Shown here: in pieces, positions 58,675 through 64,000 of the stretch | Numbering within the stretch: position 1 is the first letter of the stretch | Layout: every line of letters starts with the position of its first letter | Assembly (NCBI GenBank): GCA_963702095.1 | Contig: OY969706.1 | Span: 1,248,001 to 1,312,000 of the forward strand | Length of the DNA stretch: 64,000 nucleotides | Source of the DNA: Candidatus Bathyarchaeota archaeon | Lineage (GTDB): Archaea; Thermoproteota; Bathyarchaeia; Bathyarchaeales; Bathycorpusculaceae | Direction: 5' to 3' | Notes under the pieces: model-generated | Database searches by the model: none | What the model was told of the DNA's origin: nothing | The model's input: the letters and a program-made list of their open reading frames with translations, nothing else | Translations under genes and position numbers: made by a program

Positions 58675-59286
58675 CTATTCAAGCACCAAATCGGGGTGCC
58701 GCATATCCCGGCTATGCACATACAACGACGCAGCCCCAATCAACAACACAACAACACCAAGCGTATAAAGCATCCAACCGAAACCCGCTCCAAAACTCAT
58801 AATTTGCTTCTGCCAAGTCCAAGGCATATCAACAACAGTCTGCAGTGGCCAAGCCCCCACCACCAAGTACCCGAACCCAAACACTACCAAAGCAATGGCG
58901 ACATATTGGTCGATGGCAGCACCCAAACGGAGCTTCTTGATGCTCATCACACAGAGCATTGCGGCACCGATGAGAAGCATGGGGAGGCTTGTGAGGAAGA
59001 ATATGGGGCTGATGGAGCTTCGGGGGAGCAGGCTATGAGTCGCCCAAGGCGGACAATCAAAGATGTCTTTCCCCCAGTCTGAGGGTGACCAGCCGCCCAT
59101 AATTACCACGGCAAGATAGAAAACGCCGAAAGCAGCCAAAAATATGGCCAGTGAAAGCTGGTGGTTTCTGACGTAGTCGGCTGCACGTTTGGTTAGAGAG
59201 GAGTAGGTTGGGCTCATCGATGGTCCTGTCTTGGCTATTGTACTGTCGCTTCTCCATATATCATTTTTCAAATCTAAGCAATGCAA
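58675..59286 (-). CDS. Hypothetical membrane protein
   Basis: Four hydrophobic segments. Confidence 0.65.
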   Translation of the reverse strand: MHCLDLKNDIWRSDSTIAKTGPSMSPTYSSLTKRAADYVRNHQLSLAIFLAAFGVFYLAVVIMGGWSPSDWGKDIFDCPPWATHSLLPRSSISPIFFLTSLPMLLIGAAMLCVMSIKKLRLGAAIDQYVAIALVVFGFGYLVVGAWPLQTVVDMPWTWQKQIMSFGAGFGWMLYTLGVVVLLIGAASLYVHSRDMRHPDLVLE

Positions 59287-59328
59287 AGGTTCTAAAGATT
59301 AGAGTGCACTCTATAAATTGTTTTTCAG

Positions 59329-60039
59329 GTGTTATGTGTGAAGTTTGAAACAACCCTACAGAGTATCATCCAGCGCACCCCAAACGTTACAAGTTACCGT
59401 TTTCCCCGTCCAACGGGACTCATGTATAAAGCAGGGCAATTCTTTTTTGTAACCCTCAAACACGGCGGCAAAGAAGTGACTCATCACTTCAGCTTCAGCA
59501 GCAGCCCTACCGAACCCCACCACATCGAATTCACTAAAAAACTCAGCGACAGCGAATACTCCGACGCACTCAGAGCCGAAAAAGTGGGGGATTGGGCTAG
59601 AATCGATGCGCCCTATGGACAATTCACTTTCGAGGGCGACTACCCCAAGATTGCGTTGCTGGGCGGAGGCATCGGAATAACGCCTTTCATGAGTATTTGT
59701 AGAAACGTCACCGACAAGGGACTCAACAGCAAGATTGTGCTGTTCTATGGTTGCAGAACCCCAACCGACATTGTGTTCAAAGAGGAATTCGAGGAATTAG
59801 CTAAACGCAACAGCAACCTTAAACTTGTCTTCACCGTCGGCGAAGCCACCCCCGATTGGAGGGGCGATACAGGCAACATAAACATGGAGAAGATAAAGCA
59901 GGAGCTACCAGACTACAAAGACTACATCTACTATACGTGTGGGCCGCCGGGGATGGTGAAAGCGATGCAGGCGCTCATAGCAAGCATGGGACTGCCCAAA
60001 GAGAAGCTGAAATTGGAATACTTTACGGGTTACACCTAA
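59329..60039 (+). CDS. FAD/NAD-binding oxidoreductase (FNR-like)
   Basis: AGQF, FSFSSSP, GGIGITPF, YTCGPPGM. Confidence 0.9.
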   Translation: MLCVKFETTLQSIIQRTPNVTSYRFPRPTGLMYKAGQFFFVTLKHGGKEVTHHFSFSSSPTEPHHIEFTKKLSDSEYSDALRAEKVGDWARIDAPYGQFTFEGDYPKIALLGGGIGITPFMSICRNVTDKGLNSKIVLFYGCRTPTDIVFKEEFEELAKRNSNLKLVFTVGEATPDWRGDTGNINMEKIKQELPDYKDYIYYTCGPPGMVKAMQALIASMGLPKEKLKLEYFTGYT

Positions 60040-60161
60040 AACGACCGACCAGGGTTTGTGGCTGTTCTGCTTGTGGCGCATGATGGCGCCGTCACAGCCT
60101 TAGGGTAAGTGCCCACAGTTTGGCTTTGCGGGTCATTGGGCACACAAGCGGAGAAAATGCC

Positions 60162-61175
60162 TCAAAGTTTTTTGAATTTTTTCTTTGATGGCCTGACTTG
60201 ATAATTATCAAAGAATTTCTTAACCAAACACTCAAAAACAGGCTTAAATTCTGCCGTTGACAATTCTGCAACTACATACTTCCCCTTATAGCGCACCCCA
60301 TAAACGGCGGTCTCCCTTAGAGGAGGCAATTTTAAATCATGAATAAACCCGCTTCGCCAGTCATAAATCGTTTTTATGGTATCCTTAAAGCATCTATCAA
60401 GCTTCTCCTTATCCGCCATGATGGGGCAGCTGGATTTACCGCGACAGTACCCTTGAACGCTGCCGTTAGTATAGCATTTCCAGTGCTCTTTTAGTTCAAA
60501 ACATGCTGGTAGAGCGGTCTCAGTTGTTTTAGCGGGATTTTTCTTGACATAGCTCCTAATTTCTTCCTCACCTGCGAAACTCTGAGCCGATAACTCCGGG
60601 ACCGCCTGCAGGTACTTAATTGATTTGATAAGTGCCTGTTTCTCCTCGGGGCACATTAGGGTTCTGAGGAAATTGGTGATTTTTGTGATACTGGCATATT
60701 CTTTGCTCCAGCGACCCTTTAGGCTGTCCATGAGCGATGCGAAATCCTTAAACTTCCCCTTTCTGAGCACTTGCAGGTATTCTGCGTCTACGTCTCTTCT
60801 GCTTACCCAATCGTAGAAGTCAACCCAGCCCTCAAAACCACTGGACTCTGCAGAAGCCAATTTTTCGAATACTGACATAACCATAATTAACATCGTGAAA
60901 GGCGGCATTTCCATAGTTTTGCTGCAGCTTGGGCAAGTTTGAGTTTTTTGGGGTGTACTACATTTGGGGCATGTGTAGAATTTGGCGGTGTTGTAGTAAT
61001 TGCCTACGTCGAGTAATAGGGCGGCGGTTTTTGGGTTTTTGAAGTTGTTTACGTATACGATGACGTCGTCAGTGGTGGGGAAGAGGTTGGGGAAGGCTTC
61101 TTGTGTTCTGTGTGTTAGTGCTTGTAGGTATGTTTTTGCTTCGGGGAGTGGGTAAATATCTTTTCTGATGTCCAT
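60162..61175 (-). CDS. Hypothetical protein with Zn-ribbon and HEPN-like RxxxxH motif
   Basis: CPKC..CPSC; MSVFEKL helix; IYDWRSGFIH. Confidence 0.6.
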   Translation of the reverse strand: MDIRKDIYPLPEAKTYLQALTHRTQEAFPNLFPTTDDVIVYVNNFKNPKTAALLLDVGNYYNTAKFYTCPKCSTPQKTQTCPSCSKTMEMPPFTMLIMVMSVFEKLASAESSGFEGWVDFYDWVSRRDVDAEYLQVLRKGKFKDFASLMDSLKGRWSKEYASITKITNFLRTLMCPEEKQALIKSIKYLQAVPELSAQSFAGEEEIRSYVKKNPAKTTETALPACFELKEHWKCYTNGSVQGYCRGKSSCPIMADKEKLDRCFKDTIKTIYDWRSGFIHDLKLPPLRETAVYGVRYKGKYVVAELSTAEFKPVFECLVKKFFDNYQVRPSKKKFKKL

Positions 61176-61383
61176 TTTCTGGTCTTTCCCAACAGTGAGT
61201 TATTTTTGCAGCCTAAATAGGCTTAGCCCAACCAACTCTGGAACATATTCAAAAATGGCGGGAGAGGATGCCTACGCCCTAGCCTTAGGGCAAATTTTTC
61301 AGGGTTCTCATTATTGAACAATTTAGTGTTGCTGTTATTTTCTAGTGATATGCTTTTATGTCCGAGTTAGGATTTGGTTTGCC

Positions 61384-61764
61384 ATGAAAGATCTAGCCCA
61401 TAAAATTTTGCTGGCTCTGACCTTAATAACTATCATTGGTGAAATAGCTTCTATTATCCTGTGGATAGCCAATCCTACGCTTCCGCCTGGTCAAGCACGT
61501 TTCACCCTGGTTGTCGATTACACTATAGCGGTCGCTAACGCTGCTGTCTTTTCGATTCTAAATATAGCAGCCTTTACCTTGATTTTTAAAAGAAATAAAT
61601 GGGGTCCGCTTTTCTTAATCGCAATTTCAATTGCCAATAGGGTAATTTCATCCACCTTCTTTATAGGCGGCGCTCATTTGATATTTATAGGATGGGCAGT
61701 TCTGCTGATTATTTTCGCATTACTCAGACTACAGAAAACTCCGAAGGAAAACCTAACTAGTTAA
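61384..61764 (+). CDS. Four-TM hypothetical membrane protein
   Basis: Hydrophobic ORF, AT-rich. Confidence 0.6.
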   Translation: MKDLAHKILLALTLITIIGEIASIILWIANPTLPPGQARFTLVVDYTIAVANAAVFSILNIAAFTLIFKRNKWGPLFLIAISIANRVISSTFFIGGAHLIFIGWAVLLIIFALLRLQKTPKENLTS

Positions 61765-62113
61765 AATTTCCTTTTTGCTGGATACAAAACAGAGCCTTAG
61801 TTGCGAGGGGCCTTTAGGATAGTTACTTGATGTTATGCGGTTTCTTGTTCTATCCCTTGTGAGGGAGAAATGGAGTTAGGTCGAGGCGGCAACCCTGTGG
61901 TGCCCGCCAGAGATCAAGGGATCAAAGGCAGTCAGGTGCCACGCTGCTGCTATTCCTCAGATACCGTGGTTAATTCTATTCCGGGGGAAGAGGAAAAGCC
62001 AGGGCATGGTCCTTATTGTGGAGGCTGCCTATGGTTAGGCGACAAGGCGGTGTTTTAGGGGGATTCGCTGTTTTATCGCTCCCTCTTCAACACACCGTTT
62101 TTTGACGTCTCTA

Positions 62114-62293
62114 ACATATTTCCACATCCACACCGAGGCGATTTCAACATAGAGCCATGTATCCCCTGTGAAGAAAAACGCCTATTTCACACCGAAAAGG
62201 ACGCTGGAAACCAGCGCAACCCCAAAAAGCAATCGCCCCCTCAAGCAGTCTTGGGGTGCACCGTAAACCGCCACACCCACATAAAAAGAGAGA
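62114..62293 (+). repeat. Dispersed intergenic repeat family 1
   Basis: TTCCACATCCACAC..GAGCCATGTA..CACACCGAAA..CCAAAAAGCAATCGCC..GCAGTCTTG..AAACCGCCACACCCACATAAA. Confidence 0.85.
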
Positions 62294-62305
62294 GAATCAG
62301 TAGGA

Positions 62306-62436
62306 GCTTTCACTGGCGCTTGTCCACGCCACCCGCTTAAAGTCAAAGTTGGGCCTCCCGAGTTCACATAGAGACTACGGATAGGGTACATGTAAGGGGA
62401 TTTTACGCGTGCATCGCAAGCGATCTCAGTGAAAGC
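62306..62436. ncRNA. Candidate structured RNA (long interrupted stem)
   Basis: Nested pairs GCTTTCACTG/CAGTGAAAGC, CGCTTG/CAAGCG, CACGC/GCGTG, CCC(G)CTTA/TAAGGGG. Confidence 0.45.
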
Positions 62437-62511
62437 CAAATAAACCTAACGCACGATCGTTATTGTAGTTTACGGATGGAAAAGATAGATTAAACATTAA
62501 GGAAGGAGGGC

Positions 62512-62790
62512 TCATTTTTTGCGTGCTGCAATCAAACCGCGGCATTTATCGGCGTATTGGCAGTACTGGAGGCACACAGCGTTTTCGTCTGGTCGTTTCC
62601 ACTCGGCTCCACAGCTGGGACAGGTGGTTTTGTCTTCGTCGCTCCAAATTTCGATTTCGGCACCGCATACGTGGCAGTTGATGTAGGCAGGTTTTGGCTG
62701 CAATAAATCGCGTAGTCCAGGGCATGTTTCGGGGTTTTTAACGATTTTGTCACTAGAGCTCAACGATGTCACCTCCAACTTTAACTTCAA
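62512..62790 (-). CDS. Small Cys-rich Zn-ribbon/Fe-S protein
   Basis: CPG..CHVCGAEIEIWSDE..CPSCG..CLQYCQYADKC; true start uncertain. Confidence 0.75.
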   Translation of the reverse strand: MKLKLEVTSLSSSDKIVKNPETCPGLRDLLQPKPAYINCHVCGAEIEIWSDEDKTTCPSCGAEWKRPDENAVCLQYCQYADKCRGLIAARKK

Positions 62791-63388
62791 ACTCTCTAAC
62801 CGGCACCACTTTGCCTGAGCCTTCCAGCGCCTTGTTAACAGCCCACTTAAGCCCAGTGCAGCAGGGCACCTCCATATGCAAGACTTCTACGGCGGCGATG
62901 TTGTTTAACCGCAGGATTTCGGTGAGTTTAGCTGCGTAGGCGCGGGCGTCGTTGAATTTGGGGCAGCCGATTATGACGCGTTTTTCGGCGATCCAGTCTT
63001 GGAAGTTTTTGATGACTACGGGGGCGCAGTCGGCGGTGAGCATTAGGGTGGCGTTTTCGAAGAAGGGGGCTTTAGGCGGCACGAGGTCTAATTTGACGGG
63101 CCACTGCGGCTTCTGCGGAGTAGCGGTTGCTGCGGGTTTTGTTATTCCTTTGCTTTTTTGGTATTCGTGGACTTCTTTCTCGTCGAACGCGTCGGCTTCC
63201 CGCTCGGTAACTGTGATTGCGCCTTGGGGGCACTGTCCAAGGCATGCGCCTAGTCCGTCGCAGTAGGTGTCTTTGACGAGTTTGGCTTTGCCGTCTACGA
63301 TTTGGAGGGCGCCTTCGACGCATTTGGGGATGCATTGTCCGCATCCGGTGCATTTGCTTTCGTCTATTTGGACGATTTTTCTTTTCAT
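62753..63388 (-). CDS. 2x[4Fe-4S] ferredoxin-domain protein
   Basis: CTGCGQCIPKC, CDGLGACLGQCP, QWPVKL, ADC, GCPK, MEVPCC. Confidence 0.9.
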   Translation of the reverse strand: MKRKIVQIDESKCTGCGQCIPKCVEGALQIVDGKAKLVKDTYCDGLGACLGQCPQGAITVTEREADAFDEKEVHEYQKSKGITKPAATATPQKPQWPVKLDLVPPKAPFFENATLMLTADCAPVVIKNFQDWIAEKRVIIGCPKFNDARAYAAKLTEILRLNNIAAVEVLHMEVPCCTGLKWAVNKALEGSGKVVPVREFEVKVGGDIVEL

Positions 63389-63709
63389 TTACTTCTCCTC
63401 TTTTAGGCATTTTCCGCCTGTTGGGCAGAATTTTTGGGCGTGGTTTTCGATGGCGGCGAATATGGGTGTCAGAGTTTCGCGGTTGGCGGTGTAGATGTGT
63501 TTTTTTCCTTCCAGCTGAATGGTTACGATGTTGCATGCAAGCAGCGGTTTGAGGTTGTGGCTAATCATGCTTTGTTCTTGTCCGAGTGCTTCTGCGAGTT
63601 CGCCTACGCTTAGGGGTTGTTTTAGGAGTTGTTCGATTGCGGCGAGGCGGGTGGGGTTTGCGAGGTTGCCGAAGAAGCGGTAGCAGATTTGGTTTAGGCT
63701 TTTCTTCAT
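63389..63709 (-). CDS. ArsR/SmtB family regulator
   Basis: LANPTRLAAI..LSVGELAEAL..SMISHNL; terminal Cys residues. Confidence 0.9.
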   Translation of the reverse strand: MKKSLNQICYRFFGNLANPTRLAAIEQLLKQPLSVGELAEALGQEQSMISHNLKPLLACNIVTIQLEGKKHIYTANRETLTPIFAAIENHAQKFCPTGGKCLKEEK

Positions 63710-63729
63710 TTTTTGCCCTTCAAGCGTTT

Positions 63730-63766
63730 ATATGAGTAATCATTCATATGTGGAATTATTCATATA
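63730..63766. promoter_or_regulatory. SmtB/CzrA-type operator overlapping arsR promoter
   Basis: ATATGAGTAATCATTCATAT inverted repeat plus a second TATTCATAT half-site. Confidence 0.65.
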
Positions 63767-64000
63767 AACCTGTTGATTAAAAACCACTCAGCCCTAAAGA
63801 AAAACTCGTTTTATAATTGGTATCGGTCAAAGTCTATGCCTGAACCCGTATCTGGCGTAACAAAATAGAAGACAGCCCCACATTTTCTGCAACAGCACTC
63901 TTGATTTCGCTGCTTTTCTATGTTGGCTGAACCGCATTTTGGGCAATGCAAATGAACCGACATTCACTGTACCTTCCTTGCTCTACGAACCACCCATGTT

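Noticed and set aside
61770-62110. Possible RNase P RNA (GAGGAAAAGCC..) or small ORF 61870-62058
   Set aside because: Does not match the GAGGAAAGUCC core, has no 3' P4 partner and the ORF has no recognisable features; left unassigned.
49681-62450. Integron attC-like cores (GTTAGGA 49682, ACCTAAC 62444) near hairpins
   Set aside because: Order and pairing of RYYYAAC/GTTRRRY do not enclose the hairpins, and there is no integrase in the window.

Overview
Archaeal chromosome segment, most likely Bathyarchaeia (TACK). The evidence is an eL22-like ribosomal protein, a thaumarchaeal-type ESCRT-III/CdvB paralog, split (alpha-beta)2 tRNA splicing endonuclease subunits, archaeal CCA enzyme and DGGGP synthase, and a PQQ-like beta-propeller surface protein. 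Housekeeping genes (thpR-cca, endA, glyS, mtnA, ala, acs-satP, P-type ATPase, several ABC exporters) alternate with small accessory patches of surface-protein, regulator and pseudogene remnants. No rRNA, tRNA, CRISPR array, transposase or integrase was recognised. The main unexplained signal is non-coding: two families of dispersed, diverged, hairpin-conserving intergenic repeats (about 135-180 nt, four copies each). They show compensatory base changes and are oriented so that decayed or accessory genes lie on their 5' side and intact genes on their 3' side. Also found: a four-site GAACA-N3-TGTTC operator at fixed spacing upstream of TATA boxes (candidate regulon of a membrane-anchored winged-helix protein), two hollowed-out surface-protein mini-genes, a transmembrane DnaJ-type Zn-finger/Mrr-like nuclease fusion, a HEPN-motif protein, four unannotated Cys/His micro-proteins and candidate structured RNAs. 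Single-base frameshifts in glyS and the P-type ATPase are probably assembly errors. All alignments and foldings were done by eye.
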